From contig CAWING010000012.1 of NCBI GenBank assembly GCA_963837415.1, positions 532,417 to 596,416 of the forward strand: a stretch of DNA of 64,000 nt, written 5' to 3'. Position 1 is the first letter of the stretch; every line of letters starts with the position of its first letter. Shown here piece after piece: positions 41,895 to 51,442 of this stretch. The position numbers and the translations under genes are program-made. This DNA comes from an uncultured Bacteroidota bacterium. Its GTDB lineage: Bacteria; Bacteroidota; Bacteroidia; Cytophagales; Cyclobacteriaceae. The notes beneath the pieces were generated by a model. The model was not told the origin of the DNA, ran no database searches, and was given only the letters and a program-made list of their open reading frames with translations.

Positions 41895-42941
41895 ATGAAG
41901 TTATCAGAATTCAAATTTGACCTTCCGCACAATTTAATTGCGCTTGATCCAGCAGAGAATCGGGACGAATCGCGGTTGATGGTCATTCATAAGGACACTG
42001 GGAAGATGGAACATAAAATCTTCAAAGATATTGTCAATTATTTTGGAGATGGCGATGTCATGGTAGGTAACGATACCATGGTATTTCCAGCCCGCCTGTA
42101 TGGACGTAAAGAAAAAACAGGGGCGAAGATTGAAGTTTTTTTACTTCGTGAGCTTAATGCTGAGATGCATTTGTGGGATGTGTTGGTTGATCCCGCCCGG
42201 AAAATCAGAGTAGGAAACAAACTTTACTTTGGCAACGGCGACCTGGTTGCAGAAGTAATCGATAACACTACTTCGCGTGGACGAACAATCCGGTTTTTAT
42301 TTGATGGTGATTCAACGGCTTTCGATAAAGTTGTGGAAACTTTGGGCGAAACTCCGCTTCCGAAGTATATAAAACGGAAAGTCAAAGCAGAGGACAAAGA
42401 GCGATTTCAAACCATTTTTGCTAAAAACAAAGGCGCTGTCTCCGCTCCTACGGCGGGCCTTCACTATACACGTCAATTGTTGAAGCGTCTTCAGATTAAA
42501 GGTGTGGAGATGGCATTTATAACACTCCATATTGGACTGGGCACATTCAGACCTGTTGATGTTGAGGATCTGACCAAACACAAAATGGATTCGGAGAATT
42601 TTATCGTTGGAGATGAGGCCGTGGCCATTGTGAACCGGGCTCTTGAAAATAAGAATCGAGTATGCGCTATTGGGACTACCACTATGCGTGCATTGGAATC
42701 GGCAGTGTCGGCAAACAATAGATTAAAGGCGCGCGAAGGCTGGACTGATAAATTCATTTTCCCTCCCTACGATTTTAAGATCTGCAATGCGATGGTGACC
42801 AACTTCCATATGCCTGAGTCCACCTTGTTGATGATGGCCTCTGCTTTTGCAGGCTATGACTTGGCGATGGAGGCTTATACTTTAGCTAAGAAGGAGAAGT
42901 ATAAGTTCCTTACTTATGGTGACGCTATGTTGATTATTTAG
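41895..42941 (+). CDS. queA: tRNA preQ1(34) S-adenosylmethionine ribosyltransferase-isomerase
   Basis: [51 protein letters not shown]. Confidence 0.97.
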   Translation: MKLSEFKFDLPHNLIALDPAENRDESRLMVIHKDTGKMEHKIFKDIVNYFGDGDVMVGNDTMVFPARLYGRKEKTGAKIEVFLLRELNAEMHLWDVLVDPARKIRVGNKLYFGNGDLVAEVIDNTTSRGRTIRFLFDGDSTAFDKVVETLGETPLPKYIKRKVKAEDKERFQTIFAKNKGAVSAPTAGLHYTRQLLKRLQIKGVEMAFITLHIGLGTFRPVDVEDLTKHKMDSENFIVGDEAVAIVNRALENKNRVCAIGTTTMRALESAVSANNRLKAREGWTDKFIFPPYDFKICNAMVTNFHMPESTLLMMASAFAGYDLAMEAYTLAKKEKYKFLTYGDAMLII

Positions 42942-42945
42942 TGAC

Positions 42946-43100
42946 CGTTATCTGTTATCCGTTAATAGTTATCCGTTAGACGCAGGCAGGGAATTGGGTT
43001 TGGAACCCCTCTAAAAATTAATCGGTATTCGTATTTGGTTGTGAGTTTTAAAAAATAGCACGTATTCACAATTAACGGATAGCGATTAACGGACCACGGA
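42946..43100. repeat. Heptamer-periodic inverted repeat, GTTATC family, with an 88-nt spacer
   Basis: CGTTATC TGTTATC CGTTAAT AGTTATC CGTTAGA versus CAATTAA CGGATAG CGATTAA CGGACCA. Confidence 0.85.
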
Positions 43101-43101
43101 C

Positions 43102-43350
43102 CTAAAGCTGCTTTGTGAGGTAAAGAAAAAGGGAGATGGCCACGGGATAGATCAGAAAATACTGAAGGGTTGGAGCAAAAATTCCGATAAACATTCCCAC
43201 CGGAGCCAACAAGAGCATAATTCCCCCGGTTACAATCAGAATCTTCTTTGATTTTTCCATGGGTTGCTTTGCTACGATCAACATCCGATAAATCAGGAAT
43301 GTAACGACAGCAACATTAAATGCGATCAAAAGAAACCTCAGCACAATCAT
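43102..43350 (-). CDS. Small hypothetical membrane protein (3 TM)
   Basis: 82-aa hydrophobic ORF. Confidence 0.65.
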   Translation of the reverse strand: MIVLRFLLIAFNVAVVTFLIYRMLIVAKQPMEKSKKILIVTGGIMLLLAPVGMFIGIFAPTLQYFLIYPVAISLFLYLTKQL

Positions 43351-43374
43351 TGTTTTGAGTATTTTAGTAAATCT

Positions 43375-44064
43375 ATGAATTCTAAAGAATATGCCGTTAT
43401 CGTGGCAGGTGGAAAGGGAACACGCATTAAAAGCAAAATCCCTAAACAGTTTTTAGAATTGAATGGGCTTCCTGTGCTAATGCATACTATTCTTGCTTTT
43501 TACCGATACTCAAAAAAAATTTCTATAGTCGTTGTGTTAGCCGAAGACGATTTTGATACATGGCATTCGCTGTGCAAACAACACAATTTTACCAACGACA
43601 TTATTCTTCAGAGCGGAGGGGAAACCCGCTTTCAATCTGTTAAAAAAGGTCTGGATAAAATTGATGGTGATGGTCTAGTGGCTATTCATGATGGTGTCCG
43701 TCCGTTGGTAAGCGAAAATATCATCGGAGCATCTTTCCAACTTGCGGCTGTTCATCAAACTGCCATAGCGGCCGTACGGCTAAAAGAATCCATACGCGTC
43801 ACCGATCAAGATACCACAAAGGCAGCTGATCGTTCAAGATTCAGATTGATTCAAACTCCTCAGACATTTATGGTTTCAATTATCAAGAAAGCCTATGAAA
43901 TGAGAGAAGACGCAAGTTTGACTGATGATGCCAGCGTAGCGGAACGGTCCGGCCATGCCATTTCCCTTTTTGAAGGCAGTTATGAAAACATAAAAATTAC
44001 GACAGCAGAAGATTTAATTGTTGCTGAGGCCTTGTTGAAAGCAAGACAAAATTTAATCGCCTAA
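43375..44064 (+). CDS. ispD: 2-C-methyl-D-erythritol 4-phosphate cytidylyltransferase
   Basis: VAGGKGTR..S.IPKQF, IHDGVRP, QTPQ, TDDASV, NIKITT. Confidence 0.95.
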   Translation: MNSKEYAVIVAGGKGTRIKSKIPKQFLELNGLPVLMHTILAFYRYSKKISIVVVLAEDDFDTWHSLCKQHNFTNDIILQSGGETRFQSVKKGLDKIDGDGLVAIHDGVRPLVSENIIGASFQLAAVHQTAIAAVRLKESIRVTDQDTTKAADRSRFRLIQTPQTFMVSIIKKAYEMREDASLTDDASVAERSGHAISLFEGSYENIKITTAEDLIVAEALLKARQNLIA

Positions 44065-44065
44065 A

Positions 44066-44095
44066 ATAAAAAGCCGGCTAAAACCGGCCTTTTAT
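44066..44095. terminator. Bidirectional terminator
   Basis: AAAAAGCCGG-CTAAAA-CCGGCCTTTT between convergent genes. Confidence 0.65.
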
Positions 44096-44116
44096 AACAT
44101 TTACTTGAATTACATT

Positions 44117-44338
44117 TTAATACTCATCCTCATTAAAGAAGAAATCCTCTTTAGTAGGATAATCCGGCCATATTTCCTCAATGCTTTCATACGGTTGACC
44201 GTCATCTTCAAGTTCCTGGAGGTTTTCTACCACTTCCAAGGGCGCACCTGACCGAATGGAATAATCAATCAGCTCATCCTTTGTAGCAGGCCATGGCGCA
44301 TCTTCCAAATAAGAGGCAAGTTCGAGGGTCCAATACAT
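44117..44338 (-). CDS. DUF2795 domain protein
   Basis: MYWTLELASYLEDAPWPATKDELIDY, a conserved Bacteroidota small protein. Confidence 0.92.
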   Translation of the reverse strand: MYWTLELASYLEDAPWPATKDELIDYSIRSGAPLEVVENLQELEDDGQPYESIEEIWPDYPTKEDFFFNEDEY

Positions 44339-44620
44339 AATTTAAGTCCTCCTTTAATTTTCGCAAAAATAGAATTTAATTAATCAAAACAAACTTTATT
44401 TTCCTGTTCGTTTATCAGATGCCAAAAGTTGGATTTTTTAAATCTGAATTTCGGGCAAAATGTAACTGCTTTAAGCCCTGCAAGGTTACACGTGCGAGAG
44501 AATTTTTGCCATATTTGCGGCCTAATTTCGGTTGGATGTGGGATAATCTACGTTTGGATTTTAATCTAGCTGGTTATTCGTCATATCCCTGATCGATCAC
44601 ATCAACTCATAAAAATAAAA

Positions 44621-46303
44621 ATGGCTGACGAAAAAATTATCTTCTCCATGGCAGGAGTCAATAAGATTTACCCGCCAAGTAAACAAGTTCTAAAAAACAT
44701 TTACCTCTCTTTTTTCTATGGAGCAAAAATAGGGGTGCTAGGTTTGAATGGATCGGGTAAATCATCTTTGCTAAGAATAATCGCTGGCATAGACAAAGAG
44801 TTTCAGGGCGAAGTTGTGTCTGATCTCAGTTTTTCGGTTGGTTTATTGGAGCAGGAACCACAGCTGGACAACACCAAAACAGTTAAAGAGATCGTGGAGG
44901 AGGGTGTTAAATATGTTGTGGGCCTTTTAAAAGAATTTGAAACTATCAATGAAAAGTTTGGGGATCCGGCCATTATGGATGATCCCGATGCAATGGATAA
45001 ACTCATCACAAAGCAAGGTGAGATTCAGGAAAAGCTGGATGCTGCAAATGCCTGGGAACTCGACAACAAGCTGGAGCGCGCCATGGATGCCTTGAGGTGT
45101 CCTCCGCCGGAAGCCAGAATTGAGTACTTGTCGGGTGGTGAAAAAAGACGAGTTGCATTGTGTCGCCTCCTATTGCAAGAACCTGACGTTTTGTTACTTG
45201 ATGAGCCTACTAACCATTTAGATGCTGAGTCAGTGTATTGGCTTGAACAACATTTAAAACAATACAAAGGGACAGTCATCGCGGTTACTCACGACCGCTA
45301 TTTCCTCGACAATGTAGCTGGGTGGATCCTTGAGTTAGATCGGGGCGAAGGGATTCCGTGGAAAGGAAATTATTCCTCATGGTTGGAACAAAAATCAAAA
45401 CGTTTAGCACAGGAAGAGAAAACTGAGTCTAAACGGCAAAAAGCGCTGGCACGCGAATTAGAATGGGTGCGCATGAATCCGAAAGGCCGGCAAGCCAAAG
45501 GAAAAGCGCGACTAAGCGCCTACGAAAAATTATTAAGTCAGGAAACGCGTGATAAAGAAGAAAAGTTGGAATTATTTATCCCGCCTGGGCCACGATTAGG
45601 GAATAAGGTTATAGAAGCTAATGGTGTTTCCAAAGCTTATGGCGATAAACTGTTGTATGAAAACTTAACATTTTCTCTTCCTCCTGCGGGAATTGTTGGC
45701 ATCATCGGTCCTAACGGAGCGGGTAAGACCACCCTTTTTAAAATGATAATCGGCAAAGAAAAACCCGATGCCGGCACATTTCAGGTAGGTGAAACTGTAC
45801 AAATAGCCTATGTCGATCAGGAGCATGATGACTTAAAATCAGAGGAGACCGTATGGCAGGCCATTTCCAACGGTAATGAGCTGATGGAATTAGGTGGAAA
45901 ACAAATCAACTCAAGAATGTATGTTGGTAAATTCAACTTCAACGGAAATGATCAACAAAAAAAGGTTAAGGAACTTTCGGGTGGTATGCGCAATCGCGTT
46001 CACCTGGCAATTGCCTTGAAGCAGGGAGGAAACTTATTGCTCCTGGATGAGCCTACTAACGATCTAGATATAAATACCTTGAGGGCATTAGAAGAAGCGC
46101 TTGAGAATTTTGGAGGTTGTGCCGTGATCATCTCTCACGATCGCTGGTTTCTTGATAGAGTCTGCACGCACATTCTAGCCTTCGAAGGAGATTCTCAAGT
46201 GTTTTGGTATGAAGGGGGTTTCAGTGAGTATGAAGAGAATAAAAAGAAACGCCTGGGTGATGACCAGCCGCATAGGATTAGGTATAAGAAGTTGGTGAAG
46301 TGA
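44621..46303 (+). CDS. ettA: Energy-dependent translational throttle protein EttA (ABC-F)
   Basis: GAKIGVLGLNGSGKS, two ABC domains, ELEWVR..PKGRQAK linker. Confidence 0.95.
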   Translation: MADEKIIFSMAGVNKIYPPSKQVLKNIYLSFFYGAKIGVLGLNGSGKSSLLRIIAGIDKEFQGEVVSDLSFSVGLLEQEPQLDNTKTVKEIVEEGVKYVVGLLKEFETINEKFGDPAIMDDPDAMDKLITKQGEIQEKLDAANAWELDNKLERAMDALRCPPPEARIEYLSGGEKRRVALCRLLLQEPDVLLLDEPTNHLDAESVYWLEQHLKQYKGTVIAVTHDRYFLDNVAGWILELDRGEGIPWKGNYSSWLEQKSKRLAQEEKTESKRQKALARELEWVRMNPKGRQAKGKARLSAYEKLLSQETRDKEEKLELFIPPGPRLGNKVIEANGVSKAYGDKLLYENLTFSLPPAGIVGIIGPNGAGKTTLFKMIIGKEKPDAGTFQVGETVQIAYVDQEHDDLKSEETVWQAISNGNELMELGGKQINSRMYVGKFNFNGNDQQKKVKELSGGMRNRVHLAIALKQGGNLLLLDEPTNDLDINTLRALEEALENFGGCAVIISHDRWFLDRVCTHILAFEGDSQVFWYEGGFSEYEENKKKRLGDDQPHRIRYKKLVK

Positions 46304-46311
46304 TTGAGGAG

Positions 46312-46403
46312 TGTTGTCAGGTAATCGTCATTCCTTATTCGGGGTGTGAGTGTGTTTACTACCACCTTTCTCACGAATAACTATTAACGGATAACGTATA
46401 ACC
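46312..46403. repeat. Degenerate heptamer inverted repeat, GTTATC family
   Basis: Right arm CGAATAA CTATTAA CGGATAA CGTATAA; decayed left arm TGTTGTC AGGTAAT CGTCATT CCTTATT CG. Confidence 0.7.
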
Positions 46404-46442
46404 TAATTGAGTTTGAGAAGGATGGTGATTAACTTTACTGGA

Positions 46443-46661
46443 ATGAAAGGAATTAATTATCTCACGGATCAGAAGGGTAAAAAAACCGCTGTTGTTATTG
46501 ACTTAAAACAATACGGCGAGGCCATAGAAGATTTTCTCGATAGCCTTCAAGCGGCAGCCCGCTCCCACGAGCCAAGTGTTGATTTTGAAAAGACCGTTAC
46601 CCGAATTATTAAAGCTAAATCAAAACGTGGCGTATCAAATCAAAATAAAAAAATCAGCTGA
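46443..46661 (+). CDS. Putative RelB-like antitoxin
   Basis: 72 aa, YLTDQKGKKTAVVID...IEDFLD; overlaps the start of the downstream RelE. Confidence 0.65.
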   Translation: MKGINYLTDQKGKKTAVVIDLKQYGEAIEDFLDSLQAAARSHEPSVDFEKTVTRIIKAKSKRGVSNQNKKIS

Positions 46662-46884
46662 AAAGGAATAGAAAAATTGCCATTAACGGCCATTCTCATG
46701 CTAAGACCAAAAATTGTTGGGTTGGCAAATAACCCATTTCCATCAGGCTTCAAAAAACTAAAAGGTTTTACAAATCAATTTAGAATTAGAATTGGTGATT
46801 ACCGTGTAATTTATAGTATCAATCCGCGCGAATCTTTAATCGAAATTCTAAAAATAGGTGATCGCAAAAAATATTTATGAATAG
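46627..46884 (+). CDS. RelE/ParE family toxin, homopolymer frameshift(s)
   Basis: GTG start MAYQIKIKKSAEKE, then NPFPSGFKKLKG...FRIRIGDYRVIYSI...IGDRK. Confidence 0.85.
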
Positions 46885-46893
46885 ATTCACAAT

Positions 46894-47263
46894 ATGCGTG
46901 GTCTTTATACAATAATCCTTTTAATTCTATCTAACGCCTTCATGACGTTTGCCTGGTATGGACATCTTAAATTCAAGGAATTTAAGTGGGGCCAGAGCTT
47001 ACCGCTCCTTGCTGTTATTCTCATTAGTTGGGGCATTGCTTTTTTTGAATATCTCTTACAGGGTTCCTGCCAATAGATTGGGATTTAAAAATTATGGAGG
47101 GCCTTTTTCTCTGGTGGAATTGAAAGTTGTCCAGGAAGTAATAACACTTGTTGTCTTTGTTGTTTTTTCAATTGTCTTTTTTAAGACCGAAACCTTTCGC
47201 CTGAATCACCTAATCGGATTTATTTTTTTAGTGCTGGCCGTTTATTTTATATTTAAAAGGTAA
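46894..47263 (+). CDS. DMT family protein (DUF486-like), one frameshift
   Basis: SNAFMTFAWYGHLK, SWGIAFFEY, VPANRLG, LKVVQEVITL. Confidence 0.85.
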
Positions 47264-47270
47264 GTCAGCG

Positions 47271-47340
47271 CCGTTAATACTATCCGTGAATCGTCCTTGA
47301 GAATGTGGATTAACCATTAACGGATAACGATTAACGGTTA
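47271..47340. repeat. Heptamer inverted repeat, GTTATC family
   Basis: CCGTTAA TACTAT CCGTGAA versus GGATTAA CCATTAA CGGATAA CGATTAA CGGTTA; includes the TAA stop of the acyltransferase. Confidence 0.8.
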
Positions 47341-48258
47341 CACTACTTCCTCTCCCGGCTTTGTCTTCCATCGCTCATGCATCCATACCCATTGCTCCGG
47401 ATGCTGCCGTATGACATCTTCTATAAAATGGGTGAGTACCTGCGTATTGGACACTATATCTGCCTCCTCCTCACCCGTTATTGTAATCGGTATTTCAGGT
47501 AAAATGTGCATATGTTGTTTCCAATCTTTGCCCAGATAAACATACGTTGGAACGATGGCTGCGCCTGTTTTCATTGCGAGTACAGTAGCGCCTACGGGAG
47601 TAGCAGCGGGCTTCCCAAAGAAATTTACAAACCTGCTTTTTACTTTCGTATCTTGATCAATCAATAAAGCAACGGAGCCGCCGGACTTTAGGACTTTGAT
47701 CAACCGAAAAGTTTCCTTTCCTCTTTGAATAGCAATAGCTCCATGCATATTGCGATAATCCCAAAGCAATTCATTTAAACGCTCATCCTTTAATGGGGTT
47801 CCAATAATGTTTGGGTTGAGACCGCGCAAAGCCATGTTGCTTACCTGTAAATCGAACGCACCAAGGTGGCAGGTTAAAAAAATAACACCTTTGCCCTTTT
47901 TAATCGCATTCTCATAATTTTCTAATCCGTGCGTAACTAGAAAATTTTCAAGGTCGGCCAATGTTCTTACGCGAGTCGCCCGAAGCATCTCTCCGGTATT
48001 TTTTCCCAACATTTCAAACATATTTGCTGCTAATGTTTTTACATCCTTTTCAGTTTTTCCTTCGAAGGCATAAGACAGATTCTTTATAACAAGTTTGCGC
48101 GTTTGAGCCGCGAATAAATAGGCTGCCCTTCCTAAAACGCCGCAGAATCTTAGCCACATAGTTCGCGGCATGAGATTAGACAGGAAGATCAAAAACTGCA
48201 CAAATCGGTATACAATTGTATACCTTATCTTCCTTCTCATTTTTTTTGCGTTCGACAT
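47338..48258 (-). CDS. Lipid A biosynthesis lauroyl/myristoyl acyltransferase (LpxL/HtrB family)
   Basis: HLGAFD (HxxxxD), LLIDQD, FFGKPA, PEQWVWMHERWK. Confidence 0.88.
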   Translation of the reverse strand: MSNAKKMRRKIRYTIVYRFVQFLIFLSNLMPRTMWLRFCGVLGRAAYLFAAQTRKLVIKNLSYAFEGKTEKDVKTLAANMFEMLGKNTGEMLRATRVRTLADLENFLVTHGLENYENAIKKGKGVIFLTCHLGAFDLQVSNMALRGLNPNIIGTPLKDERLNELLWDYRNMHGAIAIQRGKETFRLIKVLKSGGSVALLIDQDTKVKSRFVNFFGKPAATPVGATVLAMKTGAAIVPTYVYLGKDWKQHMHILPEIPITITGEEEADIVSNTQVLTHFIEDVIRQHPEQWVWMHERWKTKPGEEVV

Positions 48259-48384
48259 GGGGCCGTTAAGATAAGATTTTAAGATTTTTGGAATTATATT
48301 TAATCACGATTGATCACCATCCATTTTAAATTTTAATCACCATCTTAGTATCTATCTGCAAGATAGGCTTACTAACTTCAATCT

Positions 48385-48888
48385 ATGAAAACTCTTTATA
48401 TTATACGCCACGCTAAATCCAGTTGGGCAAATCCTGACCAGCAGGATTTTGAAAGAGGATTAAACGACCGTGGTAAACGAGATGCGCCTCGTATGGGCAC
48501 GCGGTTGAAAGAAAAAAATATTTATCCGGATCAAATGCTAAGCAGCACAGCCAAACGTGCCCTCTCCACCGCAAAGAGGATTGCTAAAATTCTGAATTAT
48601 CCGAAAGATAAGATTAAAGTTAATCGCGAGCTATACCATGCTGATGAAGAAACTGTATTATCCGTAGTTCAGAACCTGAATAACAAACACGATACTGTTT
48701 TTATATATGGACATAATCCCGGATTGACTGATTTTGTTAATACCCTCATGGATGAAGAAGGTAGTATTGACAATATACCTACCTGTGGGGTTGTGGCCTT
48801 TGCTCTTCCAATTGAATCCTGGAAAGAAGTCTCGTGGGGTCGAGGGAAAATGTTATTCTTCGATTATCCTAAAAGAGATGACAAGTAA
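48385..48888 (+). CDS. sixA: SixA-like histidine phosphatase
   Basis: RHAKS, DFERGL..RG, SS.AKRA..TA, GHNP, IPTCG. Confidence 0.85.
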   Translation: MKTLYIIRHAKSSWANPDQQDFERGLNDRGKRDAPRMGTRLKEKNIYPDQMLSSTAKRALSTAKRIAKILNYPKDKIKVNRELYHADEETVLSVVQNLNNKHDTVFIYGHNPGLTDFVNTLMDEEGSIDNIPTCGVVAFALPIESWKEVSWGRGKMLFFDYPKRDDK

Positions 48889-48965
48889 GTTAAGAGTTTC
48901 GAGTTTAAAGTTTCGAATGATCAAGCAGTCACAACTCTCAACTTTAAACTCGAAACTAGAAACTA
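48887..48965. repeat. Heptamer inverted repeat, GAGTT family, without cargo
   Basis: AGTTTCGAGTTTAAAGTT (48895-48912) is the perfect reverse complement of 48940-48957; the outer units overlap the sixA and hslU stop codons. Confidence 0.92.
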
Positions 48966-50372
48966 AAGTATGTATTCACTCAAGTCTCTATTCTTAATTA
49001 GACCTTGAAGTCTGGATTTTACCATTTCTGCGTCAATTTCTATTCGGGTATGTTGTGCTATCTTGTCAGGTACGTCAAAAAGGAACTCATTTAATAACTT
49101 GCTCATTACAGTGTGAAGCCTTCGGGCGCCAATATTTTCTAACTCGGCATTAATGGCAAAGGCCGTACTTGCGATTTCTTCAACGGCGTCGTCGGTAAAA
49201 ACCACTTCTACATCTTCAGCCTCGAAAAGGGCCGAGTATTGTTTGGTCAATGCATTCTTTGGCTCTTTTAATATTCTTATAAAATCTTCTTTTGTAAGAT
49301 TATCCAACTCAACACGAATAGGAAACCTACCCTGTAACTCAGGGATGAGATCAGATGGTTTGGAAATATGGAAAGCTCCCGCAGCCACAAATAATACGTG
49401 ATCCGTTTTTATTACTCCGTACTTTGTATTCACCGAACTTCCTTCTACGATTGGAAGCAAGTCCCGCTGCACGCCCTCACGGCTTACATCCGGACCACCA
49501 CCACCTTTTTTGCTACTTCCCGATGCAATCTTATCGATCTCATCAATGAAAATAATTCCGGCCTCTTCGGCCCTCCGGATAGCTTCCTCTTTCACCTCAT
49601 CCATATCGATAAGTTTAGAAGCTTCTTCTTCCAATAAAATTTTCCGGGCCTCCGCTACCGTTACCTTTCGTTTCTTACTTTTCTTCGGCAACATACCATT
49701 GATCATTTCTTGCAGATTCATCATCGAAACTTCGTCCATCATGCCTGCACCGACCATTCCTACATTTGCGCCATTACCACCTTTTATATTTATCTCTATT
49801 TTCCGGTCCTCCATTTCGCCTCTCCTGATTTTTTCCCGGAAATGATTGCGCGTTTTTTCATTTAGCTCCATATCTCCTTCGGGAATTCCCTGAGTGTTGG
49901 GCTCCGGTGTTGACGAGAATCCGGTATTTCTTGCAGGTTGTTGACGCAACGGAGGAATTAAAGCATCAAGGATAATATCCTCGACGGCCTGAGCCGCTTT
50001 CTCCCTGACAGCCTCTTTTTTACTTGCTTTTACCAAAGTGACAGATTGCTCTACTAAATCACGCACCATGCTTTCTACATCCCGCCCTACATAACCAACT
50101 TCTGTAAATTTTGAAGCCTCGACTTTTACAAAGGGTGCATCTGCTATTTTAGCGAGTCTCCTTGCAATTTCCGTTTTACCGACTCCCGTCGCGCCAATCA
50201 TGAGAATGTTATTTGGAATAATTTCATTTTGAATCTCAGATTTTACATGCATCCTGCGCCAGCGATTTCTTAAAGCAATGGCTACATTTCTTTTTGCCTC
50301 GTACTGACCGATAATATATTTATCAAGTTCTTCAACGATTTGTTGCGGGGTTAAATATTTGGAATGGATCAT
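48963..50372 (-). CDS. hslU: ATP-dependent protease ATPase subunit HslU
   Basis: ALRNRWRR, GATGVGKTE, KFTEVGYVGRD, DEIDK, GVQRDLLP, ELQGRFPIRVEL. Confidence 0.97.
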   Translation of the reverse strand: MIHSKYLTPQQIVEELDKYIIGQYEAKRNVAIALRNRWRRMHVKSEIQNEIIPNNILMIGATGVGKTEIARRLAKIADAPFVKVEASKFTEVGYVGRDVESMVRDLVEQSVTLVKASKKEAVREKAAQAVEDIILDALIPPLRQQPARNTGFSSTPEPNTQGIPEGDMELNEKTRNHFREKIRRGEMEDRKIEINIKGGNGANVGMVGAGMMDEVSMMNLQEMINGMLPKKSKKRKVTVAEARKILLEEEASKLIDMDEVKEEAIRRAEEAGIIFIDEIDKIASGSSKKGGGGPDVSREGVQRDLLPIVEGSSVNTKYGVIKTDHVLFVAAGAFHISKPSDLIPELQGRFPIRVELDNLTKEDFIRILKEPKNALTKQYSALFEAEDVEVVFTDDAVEEIASTAFAINAELENIGARRLHTVMSKLLNEFLFDVPDKIAQHTRIEIDAEMVKSRLQGLIKNRDLSEYIL

Positions 50373-50379
50373 AAGTTTT

Positions 50380-51381
50380 TTATCTGGATAATATGTCTTC
50401 TATGTTCTTTGAAATTGTAAAGGCATAACCTGCCTGGCCTACTACATACGCACTTCGACTAAATAAAAATTCTACGGATCGTACACGGGCAGAAAATCCG
50501 AATGATATACCGGCAATCCCTCCTGTATTTTCCAGTTTCAATTCCTGATGAACAAGATAATTATAACCGATCATCAGATTCACATTTCGATGTGCCAGCA
50601 CTTCTACGCCAAGATTTACATGTCTTAATATTTTATTCACGGTTCCGGGCTCATCTATGCTATTATCAGGGTTATAATATGAACCATATGCGTTGGCCAG
50701 ATTATATGCTGTTAAAGAGAAACGCAAGGGCATATGTTCTGGTTTTATAGTAATGCCTAATCGGACATCAAAAGGCAGCTGAGAACCACTTGTTGATGTA
50801 TATTCAGATAAAACAATGCCCATATTTTTAATTGTCAATCCCACGGTGAAATAATGATGCGGATGAATAAATAATCCACCTACATCCATCATTATTGCAC
50901 TGGCTCTGTATCCCGCAAGAGATGAAAATGCCATTTTAATGGTGGCACCCATTCGAAAATTTGACACCTGATGGCTTTTGCTTATAAAAAGTGCCGTTTC
51001 ACTTGATTTATAATCTCCCAGCTCAACTCCTGTGGCATCATAACCTTTTATTTTCCCATAGCTAAGATGCTGCGCTCCAAATGCCAAAGACCCAATATTT
51101 TTAAACTGGTGTGCATATGAAACCAAAGTCTGTCCAACATCGGCGACGTAAAATTGATAGCTCGCTGATGCAAAACCTGAAAGTGTATCACTAAGCAAAA
51201 CAGGATTAGATGTTGCAAAATTAACATCACGGTCTGCCAGGGAAACGTTAACTCCACCTAAAGCGGCTAAGCGCGCATTGTTTGGAACATTCAGAAACTC
51301 AAAGGATTTCTTACCTCCAAGCTGGGCAAAAACAGTAGCCGGGATTATACAAAGCAGGCAAATGAATAATTTATTCATCAT
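50380..51381 (-). CDS. porQ: Type IX secretion system protein PorQ
   Basis: Signal peptide, FLN.P..ARLAALGG, beta-barrel pattern, KPEHMPLRFS; downstream of lon as is usual in Bacteroidota. Confidence 0.8.
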   Translation of the reverse strand: MMNKLFICLLCIIPATVFAQLGGKKSFEFLNVPNNARLAALGGVNVSLADRDVNFATSNPVLLSDTLSGFASASYQFYVADVGQTLVSYAHQFKNIGSLAFGAQHLSYGKIKGYDATGVELGDYKSSETALFISKSHQVSNFRMGATIKMAFSSLAGYRASAIMMDVGGLFIHPHHYFTVGLTIKNMGIVLSEYTSTSGSQLPFDVRLGITIKPEHMPLRFSLTAYNLANAYGSYYNPDNSIDEPGTVNKILRHVNLGVEVLAHRNVNLMIGYNYLVHQELKLENTGGIAGISFGFSARVRSVEFLFSRSAYVVGQAGYAFTISKNIEDILSR

Positions 51382-51442
51382 AAAGAGCCTGCAAATTAAT
51401 TCAAATATACTTACTGCTATTGTCAGGCGAGCTTAACTTATA

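Noticed and set aside
48265-48370. Possible decayed AGATT element and small palindrome (CTATCT-GCA-AGATAG) between lpxL and sixA
   Set aside because: The periodicity is too irregular to separate from AT-rich promoter sequence.
48963-50372. hslU without adjacent hslV
   Set aside because: hslV may lie elsewhere in the genome; this cannot be judged from one window.
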